DNA of 64,000 bases from an uncultured delta proteobacterium (GTDB lineage: Bacteria > Desulfobacterota > Binatia > Binatales > Binataceae). Location of the stretch: the NCBI GenBank assembly GCA_963765675.1, contig CAVXXK010000001.1, forward strand, positions 1,440,001 through 1,504,000, written 5' to 3'. Numbering within the stretch: position 1 is the first letter of the stretch; the number at the start of each line of letters is the position of its first letter. Position numbers and translations under genes: made by a program. The notes beneath the pieces were generated by a model. The model worked only from the letters and a program-made list of their open reading frames with translations. It was not told the DNA's origin and searched no databases. This document shows, piece by piece, positions 8,910 through 19,564 of this stretch.

Positions 8910-9794
8910 ATGAAGGTTGGACTGTTTTCAATCGGGATCGGGACGGCGGTGCATCCGGAAATAATTCGCGGCGTCGCCTCGAATGCAGAGCGGGTCGGCT
9001 TTTCGACCTTGTGGGTCGGAGAGCACGTGGTGCTGTTCGATCGGCAGGATTCGAAATATCCGTACTCGGCGCAGGGAGATTTTCCGTTGCCCGGCAGCGC
9101 CGATTGGCTCGATCCATTTCTTACGCTGACCTTTGCCGCCGCGGCGACCAGCAAGATCCGGCTCGCGACCGGCATTTGCCTGGTGCCGGAGCACAATCCT
9201 GTCGTGCTGGCGAAGCAGGCGGCTACGCTCGATCGGCTCGCGGGCGGACGTTTCGTGCTGGGAGTCGGGATCGGATGGTCGGCCGAGGAATTTGCGGCGC
9301 TGGGAATTCCATTCGAGCGGCGCGCTCAGCGCACGCGGGAATATATCGCCGCGATGCGCGCGCTGTGGAGCGAAGGCGCCACGACCTATCACGGCGAGTT
9401 CGTCAACTTCGACGCCGCGCAGAGTTTTCCGAAACCCGCGCGCGGAGCGAAGCTGCCGGTGATGTTCGGCGGTGAGAGCGCGCCGGCGTTAAAGCGCGTC
9501 GCGGAATATGGCGACGGATGGTTCGGGTTCAACTGCGATCCGAATGACGCGAAGGAGAAGATCGCGAAGCTGCAATCCCTGATGCGCGAGCGCAGGCGCG
9601 ACCCCCGCGAGATCGAGTACATCGTGTCGCCATACACCAAGAAGATCACCGGCGACGACATGAAACGCTATCGCGACGCGGGCGTGCAGGAGGTCGTGAT
9701 TCTTTCCAATCCGCCGACCGATGTCGCCCGGATTCCGGAATGGGCCGACCGCCTCGCCCGCGACTGGATAGCCCCCGCCCACGCCGCCGGCTAG
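8910..9794 (+). CDS. LLM class F420-dependent oxidoreductase (Rv2161c-like)
   Basis: GFSTLWVGEHV, DPFLTLTFAAAATSKIRLATG, LAKQAATLD, LGVGIGW. Confidence 0.9.
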   Translation: MKVGLFSIGIGTAVHPEIIRGVASNAERVGFSTLWVGEHVVLFDRQDSKYPYSAQGDFPLPGSADWLDPFLTLTFAAAATSKIRLATGICLVPEHNPVVLAKQAATLDRLAGGRFVLGVGIGWSAEEFAALGIPFERRAQRTREYIAAMRALWSEGATTYHGEFVNFDAAQSFPKPARGAKLPVMFGGESAPALKRVAEYGDGWFGFNCDPNDAKEKIAKLQSLMRERRRDPREIEYIVSPYTKKITGDDMKRYRDAGVQEVVILSNPPTDVARIPEWADRLARDWIAPAHAAG

Positions 9795-9802
9795 CGCCGT
9801 CT

Positions 9803-9958
9803 GATTCCTCGCCCAGTATGGGAGAGGCAAGGTGAGGGTCATTTCTCAGCGGGGCGCGAAGCGACACGCGACTAAAAGAAGGAATCTATGGTCGCGCAGT
9901 AGCGCGACTCAAGATCAGAGGACCCTCACCTGACCTCTCCCTTTCAGGGCGAGGGATC
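9803..9958. repeat. Inverted pair of 38-bp CCCTCACC/CCTCTCCC-type REP-like palindromes
   Basis: 9803-9840 and 9921-9958 are reverse complements at 32/38 positions; between convergent genes. Confidence 0.8.
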
Positions 9959-10882
9959 TCAGGTGCTGGCGAGGAGTTCTTTTGCTCGCGCTAGGTCTAG
10001 CGCGATCTGATTCCTCAGGGCGTCGGCGGAGGTGAACTTTTTTTCGGGGCGGATTCGCTCGATCAGTTCGAGCTTGATGCGCTGGCCGTAGATGTCGCGA
10101 TTGAAATCGAAGATGTGCGCCTCGATCGAGCGCGCGGTCTCGGCGAACGTCGGGCGCATCCCGATATTCGTGATCGATCCGAACGCGCCGTCGTCCAGAA
10201 TCACCCGGGTCGCGTAGACGCCGTCGGGCGGAAGGCATTCCGTCTCGCTCTCGAGATTCGCGGTGGGAAAACCGATCGTGCGCCCGCGCTCGCGCCCGCG
10301 CACGATCGGGCCATGCAGGAAATGATAGCGGCCGAGGAGCTTGGCGGCGGCGCGAACCTCTCCGCTCGTGATCAACTCGCGCACCTTGGTCGAGCTGACT
10401 TCGATTCCGGCGACTTTCACGGGCCCGACGACCGTCGTATCGAAACCGAACTCGCGCCCCAGCTCGACCATCACGGAGGCATTGCCGGCGCGGTTGTGGC
10501 CGAAGTTCACGCTATGGCCGATCACCACCTCGCGCGCGCCGAACCGCTTAAGGAAGTAGTCGCGCACGAAATCGCGCGCCTCGATCCGGCTTAGCTCGAG
10601 GGTGAAGTTGACCACGATCACGCCGTCGAGGCCCGAGAGCCGGAGCAGCTCGAGCTTGTCTTCGGGCACCAGGATAAGGCGCGGCGCACGGTCGGGAACC
10701 AACAGCTTGGCGGGCAGCGGATCGTAGGTGAGGGCGAAGGCGGTGCCGCCCGCGGCACGCGCGCGGTCGATCGCGGCTTTGAGGATCGCGCGATGGCCCA
10801 GATGGACGCCGTCGAAGTTGCCCGGCGTCACGACTGGGTACGGATGACGCGCCATCGCGTCGAGATCGCGGATTATTTCCAT
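9959..10882 (-). CDS. ribF: Bifunctional riboflavin kinase / FAD synthetase
   Basis: GNFDGVHLGH, VSSTKVR, GRTIGFPTANL, NIGMRPTF, IEAHIFDF. Confidence 0.96.
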   Translation of the reverse strand: MEIIRDLDAMARHPYPVVTPGNFDGVHLGHRAILKAAIDRARAAGGTAFALTYDPLPAKLLVPDRAPRLILVPEDKLELLRLSGLDGVIVVNFTLELSRIEARDFVRDYFLKRFGAREVVIGHSVNFGHNRAGNASVMVELGREFGFDTTVVGPVKVAGIEVSSTKVRELITSGEVRAAAKLLGRYHFLHGPIVRGRERGRTIGFPTANLESETECLPPDGVYATRVILDDGAFGSITNIGMRPTFAETARSIEAHIFDFNRDIYGQRIKLELIERIRPEKKFTSADALRNQIALDLARAKELLAST

Positions 10883-10922
10883 CGCCGCTACGCGTGAACG
10901 AGCGGATGCGCCCGGGTGCGCG

Positions 10923-11816
10923 TCATTCGCCGACGAGACTCGCCATCACGGTCTTGGCCGCGGCCGCCTGCGGCGTACCGTCGTGATCGGCCATGAGTTT
11001 TTGCAGCGTCAGCCGTGCGTCGATCCGGTCGTTCATCTTGAGGAACGCTTCGCCCTGGCGCAGCAGCGCTTGCGCGGCGAAACGGCCCTTGGGATAGCGC
11101 ATGACCAGATCATTGAATTGCAGTATCGCCTGATCAAATTTGCCGGTTTCGTAGAGCGCGTTGGCGGCGAAGTAATCTGCCGGCTCGACCAGCGGCGATT
11201 TGGGATATTGATGCTGCAGTCGCGTGAAATTTGCGACCGCGAGCGGATATTTCCCGTCCTTCATCGCTCGCAATCCGACCCGATAGATCTTCACGCCGGG
11301 ATCTTTCGAGCTCTCGGCATTCGAGATCTCCTGATCGAGTTCATCGGGCCACGTCGCCGCCGGAAAGGCCGGCTCTGCTGACGCGCCGGGCTCGGTCGCA
11401 CCGGGTGAACTCGGACCGCCGATCGCTTCGCCGGGGGTGGTGCCGAGCGCAGTAGTTCCAGGCTGCGCTGCCATTCCGGCTTGCAGCGCGCTGACTTCGG
11501 ATTCCAGCTTCGCGATACGATCGTTGGCCTGCGAAAGCTGATTGGCTCCGCCCGGAGTGGCGCCGTGCTGAACCTCGGTGACCTGATCTCGCAATTGCTG
11601 AACCTGCTGATTGAGCGCCTGGATCTGTTGGCGATCGCTCGCGATCATACCTCGCAGCGTGAACTGATTCTGGTTGAGCTGCTGCATGTCGTTCTGATTG
11701 GAGCATCCAGCGGCGAGCAGGCACGCGGCGCCGAGCGCGACGGCCAGAGCGACGCGGCCGAGCGCGCGATCGCGCACATGCAGGAAGTCGGGCATATCAA
11801 GTCGAAGCACGCGCAC
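10923..11816 (-). CDS. cpoB: Tol-Pal system protein CpoB/YbgF (coiled coil + TPR), lipoprotein-like
   Basis: LAAGC lipobox, Gln-rich coiled coil, TPR region; follows pal; AGGAG RBS. Confidence 0.85.
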   Translation of the reverse strand: MRVLRLDMPDFLHVRDRALGRVALAVALGAACLLAAGCSNQNDMQQLNQNQFTLRGMIASDRQQIQALNQQVQQLRDQVTEVQHGATPGGANQLSQANDRIAKLESEVSALQAGMAAQPGTTALGTTPGEAIGGPSSPGATEPGASAEPAFPAATWPDELDQEISNAESSKDPGVKIYRVGLRAMKDGKYPLAVANFTRLQHQYPKSPLVEPADYFAANALYETGKFDQAILQFNDLVMRYPKGRFAAQALLRQGEAFLKMNDRIDARLTLQKLMADHDGTPQAAAAKTVMASLVGE

Positions 11817-11827
11817 GAGTTTAGCTC

Positions 11828-12346
11828 CTATTGTTGGACGACAAAGTGATCGCGACGGTTCTGCGCCCAGCAGCTTTCGTCATGGTCCTGGCACAGAGGC
11901 AGCTCTTTGCCATAGCTGATCGTCGAGATGCGCTCGGAGGGGACCCCCAGCGTCACCAGGTAGTCTTTGGCCGACTGCGCTCGTTTAGCTCCCAGCGCCA
12001 TGTTGTATTCCTCAGAGCCGCGCTCGTCGCAATGACCTTCAACCTGAACCCGGGTCTGCGGATGCGACTGCAGCCATGAGGCGTTGGCCTTCAGCACCGA
12101 GCCGTCCTGCGGTTCGATATTGTAGGTGTTGTATCCGAAATGAATGTCGCTGAGCGGTCCGCCCGAAGTAGCGCCCAGGGTGCCGTTCTGGAGATTCGTG
12201 AGCGAGCTGGTGCTCCCGCCGGAACCATTTTCGCCGAGGCCAGCGGTGTTGCCGCCCGGAACTTCCTTGGCCTTGGACGAGCATCCCGCCGCGAAGATCA
12301 CGCCCAACACGATGAGCGCGCCCATCTGGAGAGCATTCCTAGTCAC
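11828..12346 (-). CDS. pal: Peptidoglycan-associated lipoprotein
   Basis: FAAGC lipobox; VEGHCDERGSEEYNMALGAKRA, TISYGKE, WAQNRR; GTG start inferred. Confidence 0.95.
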   Translation of the reverse strand: MTRNALQMGALIVLGVIFAAGCSSKAKEVPGGNTAGLGENGSGGSTSSLTNLQNGTLGATSGGPLSDIHFGYNTYNIEPQDGSVLKANASWLQSHPQTRVQVEGHCDERGSEEYNMALGAKRAQSAKDYLVTLGVPSERISTISYGKELPLCQDHDESCWAQNRRDHFVVQQ

Positions 12347-13670
12347 CCAGCCACCACGACCACGCTGGAGAAGTGTCATTACCTTTTCCCTCCGTCAATG
12401 CAGAAATGATTTTGCCGCCCTGCACCATAAGTAGATAGATCCGCGCGTGTCCGCCGCGAGTCGAGCTGAACGCCAGGTAGCGTCCGTCCGGCGACCATGA
12501 GGGCGATTCGTTGGAGCCGTTACCGTCGGTTACCTGGGTCGGATTTCCGCCCTCCTCGGGAATTACGAAGATATCGAAGCGTCCACCCGAGCGGCTCTGG
12601 TAGGCGATCCTATCTCCCTTTGGCGACCACGCTGGCGTTGTATTGTAGTCGCCCTTAAACGTGATTCGCCGCGCCGCGCCGCCCGCTATCGGCATCACAT
12701 AAATCTGCGGTGTGCCCGAGCGATCCGAAGTGAAGGCCAGCATCGAACCGTCAGGTGAAAACGCGGGGCTCACGTTGATTCCGCTGGTGTGGGTCAGCTC
12801 GCGCAGCTCGGAGCCGTTGCGATCGAGCAGATAAAGATTGGTGCTCCCGCCATGCTCGACCGCGGCCGCGATCTGCTGCCCGTCGGGAGAAATCGCACCG
12901 CCGATTATCATTCCGCGCGGGCTCGTGATCTTTGACTCGACCTTTTCCTTCAGGTCGGCCAGATAGAGCGCAGGCTCCCTGCTCTTGTACGACAGGTAGA
13001 GAAGATAGCGCGCGCTTTTGTCGAACGACGGGAACAGGTTGATGGTCGGATTGTCGGTGCGGCGGAAGAGATTGTCGCCATCGATCGTCTGTGTGTAGAT
13101 TTCCTTGAAGCGGCCGCCGCCGGTCGAGACGAAGGCGAGCTCGGAATCGAACGGGCCTTTCTGCCCGGTCGTCGCCTCGAGGATCGCGTCGGCGAACCGG
13201 CGCGCCATCCGCGGCACGTCGGCAGCAGAGCCGGTAAAATTCTTTCCCATCATGCGGCGCTGCTGCGCGACGTCGTAGAGCAGCGCGGTCAACTGGATGT
13301 TCTGTGCGGTGATCGTCACGGCGCCTTTGACCAGGAAGTCAGCGTTGATCGATCGCCAGTCGGCAAAATTGAATTGCCCCAGCTCGTAGCCCGATTGCTG
13401 CGGATCTTCGACATAGGCGTGCGGCGAAATGACCCTGAAGTATCCCGAAAGCTCGAGGTCGCGCGTCACGATCGCGACGAATGCGCCCGACACCTGATGG
13501 TTGTCGTCGCCGGCGAGACTCTTCAGGCCCGAGACCGCGATCGACGAAAGCTGGGAGCCAGGCCCCACGATATTCATCTTGATCTGCGCGCGGGCCGCCG
13601 TCGCTATGCTGATCGCGGCCGCGAATATCGCAACGGCAAATATCGGGAGCAGTTGTTTCTTCATCGCCAT
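12339..13670 (-). CDS. tolB: Tol-Pal beta-propeller protein TolB
   Basis: Signal peptide, DLELSGYF, PD40 repeats (PAFSPDG, FTSDRSGTPQIY, PSWSPDG). Confidence 0.95.
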   Translation of the reverse strand: MAMKKQLLPIFAVAIFAAAISIATAARAQIKMNIVGPGSQLSSIAVSGLKSLAGDDNHQVSGAFVAIVTRDLELSGYFRVISPHAYVEDPQQSGYELGQFNFADWRSINADFLVKGAVTITAQNIQLTALLYDVAQQRRMMGKNFTGSAADVPRMARRFADAILEATTGQKGPFDSELAFVSTGGGRFKEIYTQTIDGDNLFRRTDNPTINLFPSFDKSARYLLYLSYKSREPALYLADLKEKVESKITSPRGMIIGGAISPDGQQIAAAVEHGGSTNLYLLDRNGSELRELTHTSGINVSPAFSPDGSMLAFTSDRSGTPQIYVMPIAGGAARRITFKGDYNTTPAWSPKGDRIAYQSRSGGRFDIFVIPEEGGNPTQVTDGNGSNESPSWSPDGRYLAFSSTRGGHARIYLLMVQGGKIISALTEGKGNDTSPAWSWWLGD

Positions 13671-13759
13671 CTGATGGGCGCAAGACAAATCGGGACCATA
13701 CGAGTCCCGCTCCGCACCATCCGCACCTCCATTACCTTACCGATCTAAGCGACCGCGGA

Positions 13760-14812
13760 CTACGACTTCAGATCGCCGAGTCTAAACGTTGCTTCGACCC
13801 CGCCCGCCCACTGAGCGCGGTATTTTTCCGGCGGGGGCGGGAACGGCGCCGCGCGCCGTATAGCACGCAGCACCGAATCGTCGAATGCGGCGTCATTGGA
13901 GCTCTTCGCGATCTTCACTTCGGTCAGCGCGCCGTCGGGACCGATCGCGTAGTCGACTATCGCGGTCAGATCCGAAGACCCGCTGGTAAAATTCCACGCC
14001 TTCTTAATCTTATCCTGCACGGTTGAAAAGTAGAGCAGGAATTCCGGATCCTGCTGGATGCCGAGGCTGCCGGTGCCGGGGCCAACTCCATATCCCGCGC
14101 CTTCGCGCACGCCGCTCGCGGCGACCGGACCGCCTCCGGCGGCGCCGCCGCGGACCGCAGGGGCGGTGTTATCGTCATCATCATCTGCGTCCGAGTTATT
14201 TGCTAAATCGGCCAGATGTTGCTTCATCAATTGCTCGCGAATTTTTTGCATCCGCGCCCTGATGCTTGCCGCCGTATCCGCCTTCGCGACCATCACCGGC
14301 GTCGCGTGGGGCTTCGGTTCGTGTCGGTTGTGCGCTTTCGATTCCGCCGGCGTGGGCTCGGGAGTCGGACGCGGAGTGCGGCGCGCGTGCGGGGTTCGCG
14401 TTGGTGTCGGCGCGGCCTCGCTCTGCTCGGGAGTCGGCTCAGGCGTGTCGGTCGGAGTAGGTTCGAGCTTTTTGGTATTGAGCGCGATCGCGTTCGCGTC
14501 GTTGTCGGGCGCCGGTTTGGGCTCGGGCGGCTTGGCTTCTTCGGGCTTTGGAGGTTCGGATTTTTCTTCATGAGCGGGCTGAGGCGCAGCCAATCGCGGC
14601 AGATGCGTCCCCAAATCTCCGGCCGGGATATTGTCGACAATCTTCACCGTGTAGGCCGGAACCGGCTGATCGACTTCGGCAAAGAGCCTGGGCGCGATGA
14701 AGATCACGAACCCGAACACGGCTGCGTGACCGAGCGCAGCCACCAGGATTGCCGCGATATAGCCGGCGCGCGATGGCCCGTCGTCGCCGCCGTTATGGGG
14801 CGGGCTTGCCAC
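13760..14812 (-). CDS. tolA: TolA/TonB-family protein
   Basis: N-terminal TM helix with His, Pro/Glu-rich linker, C-terminal SSNDAAFDDSVLRAIRRAAPFPPPP; between tolR and tolB. Confidence 0.85.
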   Translation of the reverse strand: MASPPHNGGDDGPSRAGYIAAILVAALGHAAVFGFVIFIAPRLFAEVDQPVPAYTVKIVDNIPAGDLGTHLPRLAAPQPAHEEKSEPPKPEEAKPPEPKPAPDNDANAIALNTKKLEPTPTDTPEPTPEQSEAAPTPTRTPHARRTPRPTPEPTPAESKAHNRHEPKPHATPVMVAKADTAASIRARMQKIREQLMKQHLADLANNSDADDDDDNTAPAVRGGAAGGGPVAASGVREGAGYGVGPGTGSLGIQQDPEFLLYFSTVQDKIKKAWNFTSGSSDLTAIVDYAIGPDGALTEVKIAKSSNDAAFDDSVLRAIRRAAPFPPPPEKYRAQWAGGVEATFRLGDLKS

Positions 14813-15248
14813 GGTTATGCTTATCCGCCTCCGAATCCGCATCGAGTGGAAGCCCGGTAACCATCCCGACGTTTTCGATTCCCGCGGCCTTGATCGCCGC
14901 CATCGTGCGAATCACTTCGCCGTAGGGCACCTGCTCGTCGGCGCGGATGAAAACCTCGCGGTCTGGACGCTCGCGCGAGATCGCCGCGAGCTTGTCGGTC
15001 AAATCGCTGGGGCTGAGCTTGGTATCGTTGAGATAGATTTCGTTGCCGCGCGTGATCGAGACCACGAACTGCTCTTCCTTGCCCGACAGCGCCTCGGCCT
15101 TGACCTTCGGCAGCGTGACCTGCACGCCCTGCTGGATGATCGGCGCGGTGACCATGAAGATCACCAGCAGCACCAGCATCACGTCCACCAGCGGAGTGAC
15201 GTTGATCTGCGAGACCATCTGCCCGCGCTGCCCTGGATCAAAAGCCAT
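14793..15248 (-). CDS. tolR: TolR/ExbD
   Basis: INVTPLVDVMLVLLVIFMVTAP, VFIRAD..VPYG. Confidence 0.95.
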   Translation of the reverse strand: MAFDPGQRGQMVSQINVTPLVDVMLVLLVIFMVTAPIIQQGVQVTLPKVKAEALSGKEEQFVVSITRGNEIYLNDTKLSPSDLTDKLAAISRERPDREVFIRADEQVPYGEVIRTMAAIKAAGIENVGMVTGLPLDADSEADKHNRGKPAP

Positions 15249-15260
15249 CCTAAAAACCCG

Positions 15261-15974
15261 CTACGACAGGAAGTGACGTTCCGCGATATTCAAAAATTCG
15301 GAGGTGAAGTTTTCCATCTCGGTCGCCAGCACCCGGATTCGTGCGGTGAAGAAGTTGAAAAACATCACGGCCGGAATCGCGGCGACCAGTCCGACCGCAG
15401 TTGCGATCAGCGCCTCGGCGATTCCCGGCGCGACCGCCTGGATACTCGACGAATGCGCCGTCGATAGGCCCATGAACGCGGTGATGATACCGCAGACCGT
15501 GCCGAACAGGCCGATAAACGGCGCGGCTGATCCGGTAGTCGCGAGGAACGTCGTGCCGTATTCGAGCTTGGTCAGCTCGACGTTGGCCTGCCGCTTCATC
15601 GCGCGCGTGACGTTTTCGATTCCGCCGAGATCGGTCGAGAATTCCGACTGCGCACCCACCGCCTGGCGCTTGGCGCGCGTCAGTTGCAGCAGTTCCTGGT
15701 AGCCCGCACGAAAGACTTGCGCGACCGGGCTGCGCGTGAATCCGACGCTGGCGGTATGAATCGCGTTTAAGTTCTTCGATTCCCAGAAAATCGTGATGAA
15801 GCGCTCCGACTCGCGACGCGCCCGCGAAATCTGGACCAGCTTGTACAGGCTGATTCCCCAGCATCCGATCGAAAACCCCACCAGCGTCCACAGCACGGCC
15901 GCGACTACCGGACCCGTGCCCAGCATCAACTGCACCACGCCCAACTGCCCCGCCGCACCTACCTGATGGAGCAT
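15261..15974 (-). CDS. tolQ: TolQ/ExbB
   Basis: FLATTGSAAPFIGLFGTV, VAPGIAEALIATAVGL..AIPA. Confidence 0.95.
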   Translation of the reverse strand: MLHQVGAAGQLGVVQLMLGTGPVVAAVLWTLVGFSIGCWGISLYKLVQISRARRESERFITIFWESKNLNAIHTASVGFTRSPVAQVFRAGYQELLQLTRAKRQAVGAQSEFSTDLGGIENVTRAMKRQANVELTKLEYGTTFLATTGSAAPFIGLFGTVCGIITAFMGLSTAHSSSIQAVAPGIAEALIATAVGLVAAIPAVMFFNFFTARIRVLATEMENFTSEFLNIAERHFLS

Positions 15975-16300
15975 ACTACCGCCCTAAAACCCAAGATGGA
16001 CTTCATTATATGGGTTTCCCACCGGCCAAAACCAGTAACGCCCGCGCGAGGTCCGCGAGCGAGGAATGACAATCGTCGAGCGCGCACGGAAGCATTGGCT
16101 GGATGTGTGCCTTCGCGAGTCCCGATTTGAGAAAGCTTGGTCCGCGCGATCGCGCGGCGCGCGCGTGGTGTGGCTGTCTGCGGACGGTGAACGCCCGGCG
16201 TTGGTAATCGACGCGCGCGGCGGCATCGTCGTCGCGAAATCCTTGCACGTATCGAAACGGAACAATCTTTGCGGGATCGACCCTTGCACTCGCGTACCGA

Positions 16301-19300
16301 GTGAATATTCGCCCAAATCACTGCCGTATCGGATTCCTTCCGATTTGCCTTTCCCTCGCGATCGTTGCCGTCGCCGTCAGCGCGATCATCGCCGCCACCG
16401 GCGACACGATCGCCGACCGCGTGCTCGGCCAACTCGAATTCACTACAGGCGCGGTCAATCTCGTGGAAGCATCGTCGCTCGATTTCCAGGACGGAGTCAC
16501 CGTCGATGGCGCAGGTCACCTCTATGCCGCCGATCCCAATAACAACCGGGTTCTCGGATGGAACGATGCAGCTGGATTCGCCGACGGCGCTGCCGCCGAT
16601 CTCGAGATCGGGCAGAACGATTTTCTTTCCTCGACCTGCAATCAGGGCGAGAGCGAGCCGAGCGCGACCTCGCTATGTCATCCGAATGGCGTCTCAGCGG
16701 ACGCGGCGGGAAACTTGTACGTGGCTGATACCACCAACAATCGTGTGCTGATGTTCGCCACGCCGTTCGCGGGCTTTAGCGGTACCCAGATTACGGGACT
16801 CTCGACGGCGCTGGTCTTCGGGCAGCCCGACGCGCAATCGAGCCTCGCCAACAATGGCGGAATCAGCGCGGGTTCGCTGAGCGATCCGTGGGGCGTAGCG
16901 CTCGACGCCGTCGGCGATCTCTTTGTTGCCGATAGCCTGAACAATCGCGTGCTGATTTTTACCAATCCGCTCGGCAGCGCTGTCGCCTCGACGGTTATTG
17001 GCCAGAGCGTTTTCGCAACCGCGCTATGCAACCAGAGCGCGAATCCTGACGCGAGCCCCGGCGCGAGCACGCTGTGCGCTCCCGAAGGAATCGCTGTCGA
17101 TTCGGCCGGCAATCTTTACGTTGCCGACGCCGCCAATAATCGCGCGCTCGAATTCGATGCGCCGTTCGTGGACAACGCCGCCGCGCACCTCGTGCTCGGG
17201 CAGGTTACTTTCACCGGCAAGACCGCTAACGCCGGCGGTATCAGCGCTTCGACCCTCAACGCACCTGCCGGCGTGGCTCTGGATTTGGCAGGCAACCTCT
17301 ACGTCGCCGACACCTTCAACAATCGCGTGCTCGAGTACAATCTCCCGCGCTCCAGCGGCGTAACCGCTGCCGCGAACGTTTTCGGCCAGGGCGGATCATT
17401 TGCGACGAGCATATGCGACGGCTCCTCGGGCGTGCTCGCGACCGCGCTCACGCTATGCGGTCCGACCGACGCCGCGCTCGATGCAGCAGGGCGTCTGTAT
17501 GTATCCGATCAATCCAACAGCCGTATAGCCGAGTTCGATACGCCGCTTACTCCCGGCGCCAGTATCAACCGCGTGCTCGGCCAACCCGACGCCACTCATA
17601 ACGGCGTCAACGAAGTGAAGCCGCAGAGCCTGGACTTTCCCCAGGCCGTTGCCGTGGACGCAAGCTCGCATCTGTACGTCGCCGATACCGAGAGCAACCG
17701 CGTCCTCGGATGGCATAGCGCGTCCGCCTTCGCCGACGGCGACCCCGCCGATCTCGTGATCGGCCAGCCCGACTTCGCCTCGCGCGCATGTAATCAGGGA
17801 GCGACCGCGCCGACCGCCGTCAGCCTATGCTTTCCGACCGGCCTTGCGACCGATGGCAGCGGGAATCTTTTCGTCTCCGATACTCAGAATAGCCGCGTGC
17901 TCGCCTTCAGTCCTCCGTTCGCGGCGTTTGTCGGTACTCAGATTATCGATCCGGCCGCTTCGATCGTGCTCGGACAGGGCGCGAGTTTCACTCTCGGCAC
18001 ACAGAATACCGGCGGGATAAGCGCCGGATCGCTCAATCAGCCGCAAGGCGCCACGATCGATCAGGCGGGCAATCTCTACATCGCCGACACGGCCAATAAT
18101 CGCGTGCTCGAATACAATCAGCCGGTTTCCAACGGTGAGTTGGCCAGCCGGGTCATCGGACAGGATTCGACCGGATCGAACTTCACCGCCGTCCTGTGCA
18201 ATAGCGGCGGCCCGGCCAGCGCGACTACCCTGTGCCTGCCCGAAGGCGTGTCCGTGGACCCGAGCAACAACCTCTACGTCGCGGATTCCAACAACAATCG
18301 CGTGCTGGAATACAACTCTCCGCTGACTATTGTCGGCGGTGTCACCGGCAGCGGGGACGTGACCGCCGACGTGGCGTTCGGACAAACCGGCTTCACGGCG
18401 ACCACGGTCAACGCGCCATCGGGAATTCCAGGTGCGAGCTCGCTCGAGTTTCCAGAAGGAGTCGCCGCCGATTCGCTCGGCAACCTCTATGTCGCCGATA
18501 CGTCGAATACCCGCGTGCTGGGCTTTGTCACGCCGCTTCAGAATCCGAACTCGCCTAACACTACAGCGAGTATCGTGTTCGGACAGGATGGCGCGTTCGA
18601 TTTTGCCGACGTGGTATGCAACGGCTTCAGCACGCCGCCCAATTCTCCGAGCGCGAACAATCTTTGCCAGCCCTCGGGGATCTCGGTCGATGCGTCGGGC
18701 AACCTCTATGTAGCCGATACCGATAACAGCCGAGTGCTGGAATTCAACCAACCTCTGCCTTTCACCGGATCGACGCCGACCGCGACACCGTCCGGCACCC
18801 CTACGCCTTCACCCACCGGCACGCCAACGCCGAGCGCAACTCCAACGCCGAGCATCACGCCGACGGCGACTCCAACGGCTACGGGCACGCCAACTCCAAC
18901 AACCACGGCGACTCCGACCGTCACCGCGACACCAACTCCGACTATCACCGCGACTCCGACCTTAACTCCGACCAGCACTCCATCGATGACGGCGACTCCT
19001 ACCGCTACGCCGACGGAGGTTCCGTTCAATCTCACGGTCGCGCCGAAAAAGGTGAATTTCGGCAAGGTCAGACTCGGCGACCGCAAGTCGAAGACCATCA
19101 GGGTCGCGAATAAGGGCAAGCGGGCAGATTCGATCCAGATCGAGACCTTCAGCATCGCGCCCGGGTTCACCGCGAACAACGAATGCGGTGGCACGCTGGC
19201 GCCCAAAGGGCATTGCGACTTCACCGTCACGTTTGCTCCCGTCGCGACCGGCCGCGTAACTGGAACTCTGACGATCGATGACAACGCCAAGAATGGTCCT

Positions 19301-19333
19301 CAGCACGTTTCCCTGATCGGCACCGGCAAGTAA
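16301..19333 (+). CDS. Secreted NHL-repeat beta-propeller protein with Pro/Thr linker and C-terminal Ig-like (ASH/choice-of-anchor D-like) domain
   Basis: Signal peptide; many [18 protein letters not shown] repeats; TPTATPT linker; [21 protein letters not shown]...GTG end. Confidence 0.9.
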   Translation: MNIRPNHCRIGFLPICLSLAIVAVAVSAIIAATGDTIADRVLGQLEFTTGAVNLVEASSLDFQDGVTVDGAGHLYAADPNNNRVLGWNDAAGFADGAAADLEIGQNDFLSSTCNQGESEPSATSLCHPNGVSADAAGNLYVADTTNNRVLMFATPFAGFSGTQITGLSTALVFGQPDAQSSLANNGGISAGSLSDPWGVALDAVGDLFVADSLNNRVLIFTNPLGSAVASTVIGQSVFATALCNQSANPDASPGASTLCAPEGIAVDSAGNLYVADAANNRALEFDAPFVDNAAAHLVLGQVTFTGKTANAGGISASTLNAPAGVALDLAGNLYVADTFNNRVLEYNLPRSSGVTAAANVFGQGGSFATSICDGSSGVLATALTLCGPTDAALDAAGRLYVSDQSNSRIAEFDTPLTPGASINRVLGQPDATHNGVNEVKPQSLDFPQAVAVDASSHLYVADTESNRVLGWHSASAFADGDPADLVIGQPDFASRACNQGATAPTAVSLCFPTGLATDGSGNLFVSDTQNSRVLAFSPPFAAFVGTQIIDPAASIVLGQGASFTLGTQNTGGISAGSLNQPQGATIDQAGNLYIADTANNRVLEYNQPVSNGELASRVIGQDSTGSNFTAVLCNSGGPASATTLCLPEGVSVDPSNNLYVADSNNNRVLEYNSPLTIVGGVTGSGDVTADVAFGQTGFTATTVNAPSGIPGASSLEFPEGVAADSLGNLYVADTSNTRVLGFVTPLQNPNSPNTTASIVFGQDGAFDFADVVCNGFSTPPNSPSANNLCQPSGISVDASGNLYVADTDNSRVLEFNQPLPFTGSTPTATPSGTPTPSPTGTPTPSATPTPSITPTATPTATGTPTPTTTATPTVTATPTPTITATPTLTPTSTPSMTATPTATPTEVPFNLTVAPKKVNFGKVRLGDRKSKTIRVANKGKRADSIQIETFSIAPGFTANNECGGTLAPKGHCDFTVTFAPVATGRVTGTLTIDDNAKNGPQHVSLIGTGK
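18772..19017 (+). repeat. Degenerate coding tandem repeat (Thr-Pro linker)
   Basis: ACN-CCN-ACN codon repeats translating to (TPTATP)n. Confidence 0.8.
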
Positions 19334-19341
19334 TTCCGAAC

Positions 19342-19374
19342 CCGCGCCGCTTGCGCATCCCGCAAGCGGCGCGG
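19342..19374 (+). terminator. Perfect 14-bp stem hairpin after the NHL gene
   Basis: CCGCGCCGCTTGCG-catcc-CGCAAGCGGCGCGG; no clear U tract. Confidence 0.5.
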
Positions 19375-19564
19375 ACCCTCTCTCGCCCTCGCGCCGCGCC
19401 TCCTGAGCGCGTGCCGCTAATTTTCCTGCGCTCGATTTTCGGACCGTAGCGCCCGATCTGAAAAGCGCGCAAATTAGAGATCTGCCGGCACTTGAACAGA
19501 CAGGCCATGCTTATCTAGTGTCGGGCATCAGTTTTCGGGATAGATTCCCGCGGAGGACGTACAG

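Noticed and set aside
16066-16542. Plus-strand ORF MTIVERARKHW...
   Set aside because: Overlaps the NHL gene out of frame, no recognisable motif; region is probably a divergent promoter
18772-19017. Tandem repeat as a possible CRISPR or VNTR element
   Set aside because: In-frame Thr/Pro linker with synonymous variation; no repeat-spacer structure or cas genes
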